A stretch of 64,000 bases of DNA from NCBI GenBank assembly GCA_900319485.1, contig ONOQ01000003.1, positions 1,223 to 65,222 of the forward strand, in the 5' to 3' direction. Under the pieces are notes generated by a model. It saw only the letters and a list, made by a program, of their open reading frames with translations, did no database searches and was not told where the DNA came from. Position numbers and translations under genes: made by a program. Positions 52,968 to 62,613 of the stretch are shown here, in pieces (within the stretch, counting starts at the first letter, position 1; each line of letters starts with the position of its first letter). The stretch is from an uncultured Bacteroidales bacterium. GTDB lineage: Bacteria > Bacteroidota > Bacteroidia > Bacteroidales > UBA932.

Positions 52968-54713
52968 ATGTTTAAGTCAAAACTCCATATAATCGGCCTG
53001 GCCCTTATAATGGCCTCCTGTTCGCATTCCGCCCAGTCTCCGGCACGCCAGGATAATCCTCATGTTGTGAGAGATTCCGTCCTTCAGTCCATATCTGCAA
53101 TGATGCTGGGAGAAGTTGATACGGAAGAAGTCATATCCGTAATTGATTCCGCAGAAACTGCCGGTGTCATTGACAATCTGCACGCTCAACTTATTCGCGC
53201 AAAGGCTTACGGAAGGACTGAGTCCGGTTCCCTTCAGGCGCGCTCAATATGTGAAGATCTCTTCAAGACCCCTCACCTGAGTCCGGAGAATGAGGCCGAT
53301 ATCCTGGAGTATCTGTGCTGTCTGTGCCGGATAAGGACCGATGACCTTGGGGAAGTGGAGTACGGGCTCAGGTTCGTGGAGGTTTGCGAATCCCTGGGTG
53401 ACCCAATGAGGGCCGTGCCTGTCCAGGCCGATATGGGATCCTCCCTTGTCCGTATCGGCCGTGATGAAGACGGCCTTCTGAAGATAAACGATGCAATCGG
53501 CAAACTGGACCGTCAGAAGGGCTTCTTTTATATGGATGCCGGCATTAAGACCAGGAAGAGCCTTATCCGCACATATATAGACCTTGAACGTTATCTGGAT
53601 GTTGTCCCGGTGGCGGAGGAGATAATCTCCAGGCTGGAGGATTATGCTGCGGGCCCTGAGGCTTATGCCGATTCCTCTCCCAACCTTCCCGGTGACCATA
53701 ACCGCCCGGGTTATGTGGACTTCTACACCGCCCAGGCCCTTGCCTTCATCACGTACGCATATGCGGCGGAAGGTATGAGGAAGGAGGCGCAGGAGTACAA
53801 TGCCCGTTTTGAGAAGACCAGATACAGCAAAACGTTCGGTGGCCGTAAGATGATATCCAGTGCGTGGCCGCTTCTTGGAGAGTATGACAGGATGCTGTCC
53901 TTCTATGATGAGCTTCAGCGCCGCTGGGGGGCCGATACCCTTCATGCCGATTATGCCATTATGCTTCAGAACAGGGCGCTGGCGGCAAAGGCCAAGGGCA
54001 GGTACAGGGAAGCGCTTGGCTATATGCAGCGTTATTCCTCGCTTGCCGATAAACTCAACGATTCCCAGAACAAGGCCATGATTCAGGATTACGTGTCCAA
54101 GTATCAGACTCGGGAACAGCAGATAGCCCTGGAGCGTGAGATGGTAGCTGCAAGGCGTTCAAGGAGCATTGCCCTTGGGTCGTCGATAGGCGCTCTGGTA
54201 TGCCTTATACTCCTTGGAATCATCCTTCAGTATGTTATCCTGGTGCGCCGGAAAAACAAGGCGCTGGTATCCCAAATATCGGAAAACGTTATCCTGCAGA
54301 GAGAGAAGGTGGATTCATCGGCCTTGAACGGCAATCCGGAACTGTCTTCCCTCAGCGATGCGCAACTGTTCGAATATCTCCGTTACGAGATAGTTACCAA
54401 CCGTCTTTATGCAGACCCCCGTCTTGACAGGCAGTTCCTTATGGACAGGTACCACCTTTCAAAGGAGCGCATAGGATCGGCCTTCTCTCACGGAAGCCCC
54501 TATCAGTCACTGGCGGCATTCCTCAATGTAGTGCGCCTCAAGAACGCTGCAAAGATGCTGTCGTCCTCTCCGGATATGTCCATCTCAGACGTTGCATCGG
54601 CCTGCGGATTCTCATCCGGCAGCCTTTTCGCGCGCAACTTCAAGCAGTATTTTGCACTTACCCCCACTGAATTCCGTCAAAATCCTTCCTCATTAAAGGA
54701 TATGGTGAAATAG
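52968..54713 (+). CDS. Transmembrane one-component regulator: lipoprotein-type signal, TPR-like extracytoplasmic region, 1 TM helix and AraC-type HTH
   Basis: 581 aa with N-terminus LALIMASC. The TM helix reads IALGSSIGALVCLILLGIILQYVILV. The C-terminus reads ..MSISDVASACGFSSGSLFARNFKQYFALTPTEFRQ. Confidence 0.8.
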   Translation: MFKSKLHIIGLALIMASCSHSAQSPARQDNPHVVRDSVLQSISAMMLGEVDTEEVISVIDSAETAGVIDNLHAQLIRAKAYGRTESGSLQARSICEDLFKTPHLSPENEADILEYLCCLCRIRTDDLGEVEYGLRFVEVCESLGDPMRAVPVQADMGSSLVRIGRDEDGLLKINDAIGKLDRQKGFFYMDAGIKTRKSLIRTYIDLERYLDVVPVAEEIISRLEDYAAGPEAYADSSPNLPGDHNRPGYVDFYTAQALAFITYAYAAEGMRKEAQEYNARFEKTRYSKTFGGRKMISSAWPLLGEYDRMLSFYDELQRRWGADTLHADYAIMLQNRALAAKAKGRYREALGYMQRYSSLADKLNDSQNKAMIQDYVSKYQTREQQIALEREMVAARRSRSIALGSSIGALVCLILLGIILQYVILVRRKNKALVSQISENVILQREKVDSSALNGNPELSSLSDAQLFEYLRYEIVTNRLYADPRLDRQFLMDRYHLSKERIGSAFSHGSPYQSLAAFLNVVRLKNAAKMLSSSPDMSISDVASACGFSSGSLFARNFKQYFALTPTEFRQNPSSLKDMVK

Positions 54714-54750
54714 CGGATATTTTTGTAAATTTGCAAAAACACTCTTTGCT

Positions 54751-55617
54751 ATGAGAATGGACGGCAGGCGTGAAAGCCAGAACGTAGAAGACCGCCGCGG
54801 TATCAGCGGCGGCGCAAAAGCCGGTATGGGAATCGGCGGAATTGCAATTGTAGCCATACTTACCCTGCTTATGGGCGGTGACCTTGGGGATGTCTTCAGG
54901 GCCGTCCAGGGGGCGGGCGGCGTGGCCACTATGACGGAGGAATCATATCAGCCCACGGAAGAGAACGAGGCCCTTGCCAAGTTCTCCCGCCAGATCCTGG
55001 CATCCACTGAGGATGTCTGGAGCGCCTACTTCCGCAAAAACGGGTTAGGGGAGTACCGTAACCCCATTCTGGTGCTATACACCGGCAGCACTTCCACCAG
55101 TTGCGGGCAGGGCCAGGCGGCAATGGGCCCCTTCTACTGCAGCGCCGACGAAAAACTGTACATAGACCTCAGTTTCTTCTCCAGCATGAAGTCCCAACTT
55201 GGCGCTGACGGTGATTTCGCCTACGCCTATGTCATCGCCCACGAGGTAGGTCATCACGTCCAGAACCTTGTTGGAACCCTTGGCCAGGCCCATCAGCAGA
55301 TGGCCCGCATGTCAAAGACTGACTCCAACCGAATGAGCGTGCGCATAGAACTTCAGGCCGATTTCTACGCCGGTGTCTGGGCCCACTATGAGAACTCCAT
55401 GTTCACCTCCATCGAGGACGGAGACCTTGAGGAAGCCATCCGCTGCGCCTCCGTGATAGGTGACGACTACCTCCAGAAAAAGGCCCAGGGCTATGCCGTA
55501 GAGGAATCCTTCACCCACGGCACCGCCGCCCAGCGTATGCGCTGGCTCAAAAAGGGTATGCAAACCGGAGACCTCCGCCAGGGAGACACCTTCTCCCTCA
55601 AGGACAGCCAACTCTAG
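54751..55617 (+). CDS. YpfJ-like putative neutral zinc metallopeptidase
   Basis: 288 aa with N-terminus MRMDGRRESQNVEDRRG, one TM helix and the HExxH motif HEVGHHVQ. Confidence 0.85.
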   Translation: MRMDGRRESQNVEDRRGISGGAKAGMGIGGIAIVAILTLLMGGDLGDVFRAVQGAGGVATMTEESYQPTEENEALAKFSRQILASTEDVWSAYFRKNGLGEYRNPILVLYTGSTSTSCGQGQAAMGPFYCSADEKLYIDLSFFSSMKSQLGADGDFAYAYVIAHEVGHHVQNLVGTLGQAHQQMARMSKTDSNRMSVRIELQADFYAGVWAHYENSMFTSIEDGDLEEAIRCASVIGDDYLQKKAQGYAVEESFTHGTAAQRMRWLKKGMQTGDLRQGDTFSLKDSQL

Positions 55618-55630
55618 ACAGGTATCCTAT

Positions 55631-57703
55631 ATGAAAAAAGTCATCCTCCTAGCACTTGCCGTGGCGGTTATGGCCGCATGCCAAAGCCCGCAGCAGAAGG
55701 CCGAAAAACGGGCCAAAGATATCCTGAAACAACTTACCCTTGAAGAAAAGGCTTCACTTATGGTGTACAATTCACCGGCGGTGGAGCGCCTTGGGATCAG
55801 GAGTTACAACTGGTGGAACGAGGCCCTTCACGGGGTGGCGCGTAACGGTGCGGCAACGGTGTTCCCCATGCCCATCGCTATGGCCGCATCCTTTGACGAG
55901 CCCCTTCTGGAGGAGGTTTTCACTGTAGTGAGCGACGAAGCCCGCATAAAGCACAAAATGGCCGCCGAAAGCGGCTGGTATCAGGGACTTACGTTCTGGA
56001 CGCCCAATATCAATATCTTCCGTGACCCCCGCTGGGGCCGCGGTATGGAGACATACGGAGAGGACCCTTATCTCACAGGTGTGATGGGTATGGCGGTGGT
56101 ACGCGGCCTGCAGGGAGACCCCAAGGCCCCGGTGAAGAAACTCCACGCCTGCGCAAAGCACCTTGCAGTGCATTCCGGAACGGAGAAAAACCGCCACCAT
56201 TTTGATGCAGTGGTATCTGAGCGTGACCTCCGTGAAACCTATCTTCCCGCCTTCAGGGACCTTGTGACAAAGGCCGGCGTAGAGGAGGTTATGACCGCCT
56301 ACAACCGCTTCAGGGGCGTTCCCTGCGGCGCAAACAGTTACCTTGTGAATGACATACTCCGTGGAGAGTGGGGCTACAAGGGGATGGTAGTTTCCGACTG
56401 CTGGGCCCTTGACGATTTCTACAGGGAAGGCCGCCACGGTTACGTGAAAACAGGGGCGGAAACTGCTGCGGCAGCCGTGAAAAACGGAATAGACGTAGAG
56501 TGCGGCGAAGCCTATAAATACATTCCCGATGCCGTCGCAGAGGGCCTTCTTGAGCCGGAAGACCTTGACCGCGCCGTGCTGAAGATCCTCACTGAGCGCA
56601 TCCTCCTTGGAGAGATGGACGGGGTTTCCCCCTGGGACGGCCTGGATAGCACTATGGTTGAAAGCCCTGAGCACAGGGCCCTTTCCCGCAGGATGGCGTC
56701 TGAAACTATGGTGCTTTTGCAAAACGACGGAATCCTTCCCCTGAAGGGCACTGAAAGCATTGCGGTGGTGGGCCCCAATGCCGATGACAAGGAGATGATG
56801 TGGGGTAACTACAACCCCGTTCCAAACCACACTACAACCCTTCTGGAGGCCCTTCAGGAGCGCATCCCCGGCATCAGATACGTCAAGGGCTGCAACATTG
56901 TGGACGGTCTTGAAGGGGATGTCATCGGCCAGATTGGTGATGCCGATATAGTCATCTTCGCAGGCGGCATCTCCCCCCGTTTCGAGGGCGAAGAAATGCC
57001 TGTGGAAGTGCCCGGCTTCGAGGGCGGAGACCGCACGGACATTGAACTTCCGGCCGTTCAGCGTGAACTTCTGAAGGCCCTCAAAGCCGACGGAAAGAAG
57101 GTTGTCCTTGTTAATTTCTCAGGAAGCGCGATGGGCCTTGTTCCGGAAACTGAAACCTGCAGCGCCATCCTCCAGGCCTGGTATCCCGGACAGGAAGGCG
57201 GCCCCGCCATTGCCGATGTACTCTTCGGTGACGTTAATCCATCGGCCAAACTGCCGGTAACCTTCTACAGGAGCGTTGAAGACCTCCCGGAGGTGGAGGA
57301 TTACAATATGGAAGGCCACACCTACCGCTACTTCCGCGGTGAGCCCCTGTTCCCGTTCGGATACGGCCTCAGTTACACCACGTTTGAATATGGGGATGCA
57401 GCCGTGAAGCGTGGCTCGCTGGTGATTCCTCTCACAAATGCAGGCGCCGTAGACGGCACGGAGGTGGTTCAGTTATACATCTCCCGCCCGGCCGATAAAG
57501 AAGGTCCCGTGAAGACTCTCCGCGGCTTTAAGCGTGTGGCTCTCAAGGCAGGTGAAACCGTGAATGTGAGCATCCCGCTCACGGATGAAACCTTCCTGTG
57601 GTGGGATGAATCGGCCCAAAATATGGTGCCCCTCCGCGGGGAATACAGCCTCCTTTACGGCGGCTCCAGCGCCTCCCTCAAGTCTCTTAATTACAAGTTC
57701 TGA
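55631..57703 (+). CDS. Glycoside hydrolase family 3 (beta-glucosidase/beta-xylosidase-like) lipoprotein
   Basis: 690 aa with lipobox VMAAC. It has the YNWWNEALHGVAR motif and the nucleophile region GMVVSDCWAL, plus an Fn3-like C-terminus. Confidence 0.9.
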   Translation: MKKVILLALAVAVMAACQSPQQKAEKRAKDILKQLTLEEKASLMVYNSPAVERLGIRSYNWWNEALHGVARNGAATVFPMPIAMAASFDEPLLEEVFTVVSDEARIKHKMAAESGWYQGLTFWTPNINIFRDPRWGRGMETYGEDPYLTGVMGMAVVRGLQGDPKAPVKKLHACAKHLAVHSGTEKNRHHFDAVVSERDLRETYLPAFRDLVTKAGVEEVMTAYNRFRGVPCGANSYLVNDILRGEWGYKGMVVSDCWALDDFYREGRHGYVKTGAETAAAAVKNGIDVECGEAYKYIPDAVAEGLLEPEDLDRAVLKILTERILLGEMDGVSPWDGLDSTMVESPEHRALSRRMASETMVLLQNDGILPLKGTESIAVVGPNADDKEMMWGNYNPVPNHTTTLLEALQERIPGIRYVKGCNIVDGLEGDVIGQIGDADIVIFAGGISPRFEGEEMPVEVPGFEGGDRTDIELPAVQRELLKALKADGKKVVLVNFSGSAMGLVPETETCSAILQAWYPGQEGGPAIADVLFGDVNPSAKLPVTFYRSVEDLPEVEDYNMEGHTYRYFRGEPLFPFGYGLSYTTFEYGDAAVKRGSLVIPLTNAGAVDGTEVVQLYISRPADKEGPVKTLRGFKRVALKAGETVNVSIPLTDETFLWWDESAQNMVPLRGEYSLLYGGSSASLKSLNYKF

Positions 57704-60235
57704 TTACCGGGCCCAGACCTCGTCTGTAAAGATGAAGCCAGGCGCGCCTGCACCGGGGTGCCAGGAAGGTATTGTGCCAATGTTTTTGGCGAAGATTTTG
57801 ACATACCTCGCCGGGCAGTTGACGGGAAGTTCAGCGTCCCATACCTGAATGGTCATATCTTCCTCGTCAACCGTGTTGTTCAGGCGTCCCGCCGGGGTAA
57901 AGTTGATACCATCGGAAGATACGCTGAATTCCACGTACCGCGGCATCCATATCCAGGATCTTGCATCCTGGCAAAAACCTGCCCCCAATATACTCAGAGG
58001 CCTTTCCTCAAGGAGGTCCAGCACGGCCGTGAAGTCAGTGTCCTGATACCCCTGCCAGCCTCCCGTGCGCCAGTTGAGGCTGCCGCGGGTACCGTCAATG
58101 AGGCCTGTGTCGCCGCCTGCATTGTACTGGCGGCTGTAGCGGGAAAGGATTGTGATTGCGCGGTCCTTCTGAACCTGCCTCACGCGGCTTCTTGTGACAA
58201 AACTCCGTCGGCCGTCACGTATTGACCAGGCCTCCAGGGCGCAGGGTTCCGACACCGTGAAAGGACCGGTGTAAAGGGTCTCTGCGCCGCCTGCGATGCG
58301 GTAGAAGATGGTTCCTTCGCCCTTGATGGCAACTTCCAGAGAGTCCGTAAAGATGTCGTTTTGCATCACGAATGCCGGGTTTGTGACAATATCCGTCATT
58401 CCCGGCTCTGACCGGGAATCCATAACCGGGCAAACGGGGTACTTCCCGATCGAGGACAGCACATACCAGGCGCTCATCTGGCCGCAGTCGTCGTTGCCGC
58501 AAAGGCCGTCAGGGGCGCTTGAGTACAGGTTTTCAAGGATCTCATTCACGCGGGCCTGCCGCTTTTCCGGCCTGCCGACAGCATCGTACAGATACGCCAC
58601 GTGGTGGCTGGGTTCGTTGCCGTGGGCATATTGGCCGATAAGCCCCGTTATATCGGCCTGGGTGCGTCCCGTGGTCTTCTGGGGGGCGGTGAAAAGGGCG
58701 TCCAGGCGTGTCTCAAAGGCTTCCGGGCCGCCAAGGGCCTCTATGAGTCCCGGGATGTCCTGGGGCACAAAGAAACTGTACTGCCAGGAGTTGGCCTCAG
58801 TGTAGTTGTTGTTAACCTCACGGGGGTCGAAGGGAGAGAACCATCGGCCATTTAAACGGGCCCTCATAAATCCCGTTTCAGGATCCAGGACGTTTTTCCA
58901 GTACTGGGAACTTTTCATAAACTCATCATACTCAGCCATATGACCAAGCCTCAGGGCCACCTGCGCAACGCACCAGTCGTCAAAGGCGTACTCAAGGGTC
59001 TTGGACACGGATTCGTGCTCGTCATCGGCCAGGACAAGGCCGCTCCGGCGGAAACTGTCAAGCCCGAATTCCCCGTTTCTGGCGCTTGTCAGCATAGCCT
59101 GGAAGGCGTGTTCATAGTCAAAGCCGGGGAGGCCACGAAGGATGGCATCGGCCACCACGGGGGCGGCGTTATAGCCTATCATACAGTTGGTTTCGTAGCC
59201 GGAGAGTTCCCAGACGGGGAGTTTGCCGGCTTCGTCGTAGATGGAGAGCATTGACCGGATGAAATCCACCGTGCGCTCCGGCTCAATCTCGGTGAGAAGC
59301 GGATGAAGGCCCCTGAAGGTATCCCAGAGGGAGAAAACGGTGTAGCGGTCCCAGCCATCGGCCTTATGTACCAGGCCGTCCATGCCGCGATACTCTCCGT
59401 TTATGTCGGAGTAAAGCGTAGGGTGGATGCCGGTGTGGTAAAGGGCTGTGTAGAAGCGGGTTCTGTGCTCCTTATCCTTATAGGGGCAGGGCACTTTCTT
59501 CAGATACGCCTCCCAGGCCTTTCCGGTGCCCTTTTTCTGGGCGGCAAGCGACTTGGGGTAATCGGCCTTGAGATTGGCCCTTGCGTTCTGCCAGGAGACG
59601 GAGGAAATGCCCACACGTACAGTAAGTTTCTTTCCGGGGAAAAGGATGGTTGCAGTAGGGCCGATAATCCCCGGCTCAATGGCCTTCTCCGAGAACTCCA
59701 TATAGAAATACACCCTCTGTCCGCGGGCCCAACTGCTGGATATGCGATAGCCGTAGCAGGTGTTGCCGCTCACGTTCAGGCTGAAATCGTCCAGATGGTC
59801 CCTGTGCCTTAAGTCCACCGTGATGCTGGCCGGGCCGGAAAAAGAGTATTCGTGGATGGCGGAGCGCTTCCCGGCGGCTACTTTCGCCAGCACCTCTGTG
59901 TCCTCCAGATATACCTCATAATACCCTGGAGAGGCCTTTTCACGGCTGTGGGAAAAGCGCGAAGGCTTGCCGCCGGGGGTGATAAGGATGTCGCACCAGT
60001 CGTCACAGCCCGTGCCGCTGAGGTGGGTGTGAGAAAAGCCGTAGATAACGGAGTCGGAGTAGTGGTAGCCGCTGCAGCCGTCCCAGTCACCGGCATTTGG
60101 CCTTGTGTCCGGGCTCAACTGGATCATACCAAAGGGGTACACAGCCCCGGGAAACGTGTGGCCGTGCGCATCTGTACCCACAAACGGGTTCACAAACGGC
60201 AGCAGTGAGATGAGGATGGTGGTTATCAGTGTCAT
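57704..60235 (-). CDS. Glycoside hydrolase family 92 (alpha-mannosidase) with C-terminal discoidin/F5-8-type-C-like domain
   Basis: The start is set at MTLITTILISLLPFVNPFVGTDAHGHTFPGAVYPFGMIQLSPDT, the GH92 N-terminal signature. The track ORF's extra 66 aa read through the intergenic tandem repeat. Confidence 0.9.
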   Translation of the reverse strand: MTLITTILISLLPFVNPFVGTDAHGHTFPGAVYPFGMIQLSPDTRPNAGDWDGCSGYHYSDSVIYGFSHTHLSGTGCDDWCDILITPGGKPSRFSHSREKASPGYYEVYLEDTEVLAKVAAGKRSAIHEYSFSGPASITVDLRHRDHLDDFSLNVSGNTCYGYRISSSWARGQRVYFYMEFSEKAIEPGIIGPTATILFPGKKLTVRVGISSVSWQNARANLKADYPKSLAAQKKGTGKAWEAYLKKVPCPYKDKEHRTRFYTALYHTGIHPTLYSDINGEYRGMDGLVHKADGWDRYTVFSLWDTFRGLHPLLTEIEPERTVDFIRSMLSIYDEAGKLPVWELSGYETNCMIGYNAAPVVADAILRGLPGFDYEHAFQAMLTSARNGEFGLDSFRRSGLVLADDEHESVSKTLEYAFDDWCVAQVALRLGHMAEYDEFMKSSQYWKNVLDPETGFMRARLNGRWFSPFDPREVNNNYTEANSWQYSFFVPQDIPGLIEALGGPEAFETRLDALFTAPQKTTGRTQADITGLIGQYAHGNEPSHHVAYLYDAVGRPEKRQARVNEILENLYSSAPDGLCGNDDCGQMSAWYVLSSIGKYPVCPVMDSRSEPGMTDIVTNPAFVMQNDIFTDSLEVAIKGEGTIFYRIAGGAETLYTGPFTVSEPCALEAWSIRDGRRSFVTRSRVRQVQKDRAITILSRYSRQYNAGGDTGLIDGTRGSLNWRTGGWQGYQDTDFTAVLDLLEERPLSILGAGFCQDARSWIWMPRYVEFSVSSDGINFTPAGRLNNTVDEEDMTIQVWDAELPVNCPARYVKIFAKNIGTIPSWHPGAGAPGFIFTDEVWAR

Positions 60236-60242
60236 AGCAATG

Positions 60243-60250
60243 CAAAAATA
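60243..60250 (-). promoter_or_regulatory. -7 promoter box (TATTTTTG) for GH92
   Basis: The plus strand reads CAAAAATA, 7 nt upstream of the ATG at 60235. Confidence 0.4.
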
Positions 60251-60293
60251 GCAAAATTTTGCTTCCGCCCACCCCGCCCCGTCCGGGATTTGG

Positions 60294-60436
60294 GCCCAAA
60301 ATCCATTTGGCGCCGTGCCGGAGCACGCCGCCAAACGAGAAAACAGCCCAAAATCCACTTGGCGCCGTGCCGGAGCACGCCGCGAAACGAAAAAATGGCC
60401 CCAAATCCATTTGGCGCCGTGCCGGAGCAGCAAAGC
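60294..60436. repeat. Intergenic tandem repeat, 52-bp unit x ~2.75, each unit carrying a GC-rich hairpin
   Basis: Units start at 60294, 60346 and 60398. The core TTTGGCGCCGTGC-CGGA-GCACGCCGCCAAA folds as 7 bp, a C.C mismatch and 5 bp. Units 1 and 2 differ at 5 of 52 positions by hand count. Confidence 0.9.
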
Positions 60437-60469
60437 ATTGACATAGTTGCAGGATTATCAAATTTATGC

Positions 60470-60477
60470 TAACTTTG
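60470..60477 (+). promoter_or_regulatory. -7 promoter box (TAACTTTG)
   Basis: Exact TAnnTTTG, 6 nt before the ATG at 60484. Confidence 0.45.
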
Positions 60478-60483
60478 CAAGAT

Positions 60484-62598
60484 ATGGGAAAAAGGTTTAC
60501 CATAGTGGCCGTAACGGCCGTGGCCATTCTTCTTGCGGGCATAGCGTTCGCCGTGTCAAGGCTTTACGCCCCGGGGAAGGGCGAATCCCGTTCACAGTTG
60601 CCCCAGGGCTGGAGCGTCCTTAATGCCATTCCCTCGGACGCAGTGGCGGTGTTTGTCTTTGACGGCTCCTCAAAGGCCGTAAAAGTGCTGGCCGATTCAA
60701 CGGGCCTTCTGGGGGCGGCCATTGCCCCCGACAGCCCCGCCCTTATGGATTTCATAAGGAGTATCGGCAAAAACCGGATGGTCATTTCCCTTCACAACAG
60801 CGGCTCGCTTGTGCCACTTGTGGCCGCGGAGATCCCGCTTCCGGATTCCCTCACAAGGGTAATGGCCCTGAACACCGGCCTAAAAATCCAGGAAAAGGAC
60901 GGTTTCCTCATCGCATCAAGGTCTGAGACATTTGTGAAGGCATCGGCCAGGAATCTTCAGGAGGGGACGTCAATTATGGGTTCAAAGAGCCTTCAGGGCC
61001 TTCTTCCCAAGGTGTCGGCCCCGGCGGTGCTCCTTGTAAACCATTCCCACGCCCCAAAGATCACGGACGTCTACGGCTCCTCCAAAATGCGGAAGCAGGC
61101 AGGGTTCCTGAAAAACCTCGCGCCATGGAGCGCCTGGACTCTCCAGGTCCCGGAAAAAGATAATATCACCCTCAAAGGCATAAGCGCCAGCGGAGACGCC
61201 ACCGGCAGTTGGTTTGCGGCATTCAAGGGCAAAGGTTCCCAGGAAGCCCTTTTCCCTGAGGCGCTTCCGTATTTTGCCGGCACGGCCATAAGCCTTCCCA
61301 TAGAAGACCTTGACGCCGTAATTGCCTCCCGAAGGGCATATGAGGACGGAAACGGCCGCCTCAATGCCTTCACGAAGGCCCTAAAGGCCCGCCCCACCAA
61401 AGATATTACCGTAGAGGAATGGATAAAGAGCCTTCAGCCAAGGGAACTTGTGAAGGCTTCCTTCAGGGCCGATGACGGAGTCCTTCACCAGATCCTGCTC
61501 CTTCGTTCCGGAAAGGACCTCAAGTTTGGAAAGGAGCAGTCAAACGCCTTCAGGGGCTGCCTGGCTGATGTTTTTGGAGAAGATTTCAAGATTGTGGACA
61601 CCACCTGTGCCTCCATAAATGCCAAGTGGGCCGTCTTCGGGGACGCTCCGTCCATAGAGGCATTCCAGGACAAGGAATTCCTTGGCTATACCCTCAAGGA
61701 CAGGATGACAGACGCGTCAATCCCGGCTCCAAAAGGCTTTGTGGCCTATGCATCCCTCTCTGATGAGCCTCAGGTCATCCAGGATATCCTGGGCGCAAGG
61801 CTCGCCGCCCCCGTGGAGGCCTTCGCAAAGGGCGCCGGCTATGCTCCGGCATTAATATCGGCCGATATTTCAGGAGAACTTCCTTCAATAAACATACGCC
61901 TTGACAAGCGCGCCCTCAAGGGCACGAAGGTCCAGGTGCTAGAACGAGATACCACAGTGGTGGTTCCTACCGGCTATTTCCCCGTGAAGAACTACACCAC
62001 CGGAAAAACCAACCAACTGTACCAGAACAGCCACGGCGCCATCTGCCTCAACGATGAAAACGGCAAGGGCGTATGGGGCATCCCCTTCAAGGGAAGCCTC
62101 TGCGGCAGGGTACAGAACGTGGACTACTTTGCAAACGGCAAAATCCAGTTCCTGTTTGCCTCCGGAAGCAAACTCTACCTCCTTGACCGCCTTGGCCACT
62201 GGGTGAACGGCTTCCCCGTGGAACTTGGAAAGCCCATCCTGCTTGGCCCCGACGTATACGATTTCACGGGCGCCGGGGGCTACACCGTAATGGTGCTCCA
62301 CAAGGACAACACCCTTGAGCGCTATAACCTCCACGGTAAAAAGCCTGAAGGCTGGAAGGGGATTGCCGCCCCTGAAACCGTCAAGAACCTCCCGGAACTC
62401 ATAGAGTTCAAGGAAAAGAGGTACTGGGCCGTACGTACATCTGTCCGCACCCTCATCTATCCTTTTGAAGGCGGAGACCCTCTCTTCAAGGACGAAGGCG
62501 GAAAGATGATAAAGCCGGATTCCAAACTTACCCTAACCTCAAAGGGGGTAAGCGCAGAATGCTACGACGGAAAGGAACGTGACTTTAAATTGAACTAA
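60484..62598 (+). CDS. Hypothetical N-terminally membrane-anchored protein (704 aa) with beta-propeller-like C-terminal region
   Basis: The start is set at MGKRFTIVAVTAVAILLAGIAFAV (TM anchor) after the -7 box. The C-terminal ~230 aa show repeated G..W/F..hydrophobic strands. No family was recognised with confidence. Confidence 0.7.
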   Translation: MGKRFTIVAVTAVAILLAGIAFAVSRLYAPGKGESRSQLPQGWSVLNAIPSDAVAVFVFDGSSKAVKVLADSTGLLGAAIAPDSPALMDFIRSIGKNRMVISLHNSGSLVPLVAAEIPLPDSLTRVMALNTGLKIQEKDGFLIASRSETFVKASARNLQEGTSIMGSKSLQGLLPKVSAPAVLLVNHSHAPKITDVYGSSKMRKQAGFLKNLAPWSAWTLQVPEKDNITLKGISASGDATGSWFAAFKGKGSQEALFPEALPYFAGTAISLPIEDLDAVIASRRAYEDGNGRLNAFTKALKARPTKDITVEEWIKSLQPRELVKASFRADDGVLHQILLLRSGKDLKFGKEQSNAFRGCLADVFGEDFKIVDTTCASINAKWAVFGDAPSIEAFQDKEFLGYTLKDRMTDASIPAPKGFVAYASLSDEPQVIQDILGARLAAPVEAFAKGAGYAPALISADISGELPSINIRLDKRALKGTKVQVLERDTTVVVPTGYFPVKNYTTGKTNQLYQNSHGAICLNDENGKGVWGIPFKGSLCGRVQNVDYFANGKIQFLFASGSKLYLLDRLGHWVNGFPVELGKPILLGPDVYDFTGAGGYTVMVLHKDNTLERYNLHGKKPEGWKGIAAPETVKNLPELIEFKEKRYWAVRTSVRTLIYPFEGGDPLFKDEGGKMIKPDSKLTLTSKGVSAECYDGKERDFKLN

Positions 62599-62613
62599 AA
62601 CCTACACCATACA

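Noticed and set aside
55631-60235. Polysaccharide utilisation locus (PUL)
   Set aside because: GH3 and GH92 are adjacent, but no SusC/SusD-like pair or hybrid two-component/ECF regulator lies in the window, so a PUL cannot be claimed from this sequence.
60294-60436. Possible CRISPR array
   Set aside because: There are only ~2.75 directly abutting 52-bp units with no unique spacers between them, and no cas genes in the window.
60087-60542. ORFs running through the 60236-60483 intergenic region (60087..60542-, 60232..60444-, 60259..60441+, 60290..60472+) and the 66-aa N-terminal extension of the GH92 ORF
   Set aside because: Their peptides simply echo the 52-bp DNA tandem repeat (HGAKWIWG.., APNGFGA..) in several frames. 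The GH92 signature starts at M67 (60235), preceded by a -7 box. They are treated as non-coding.
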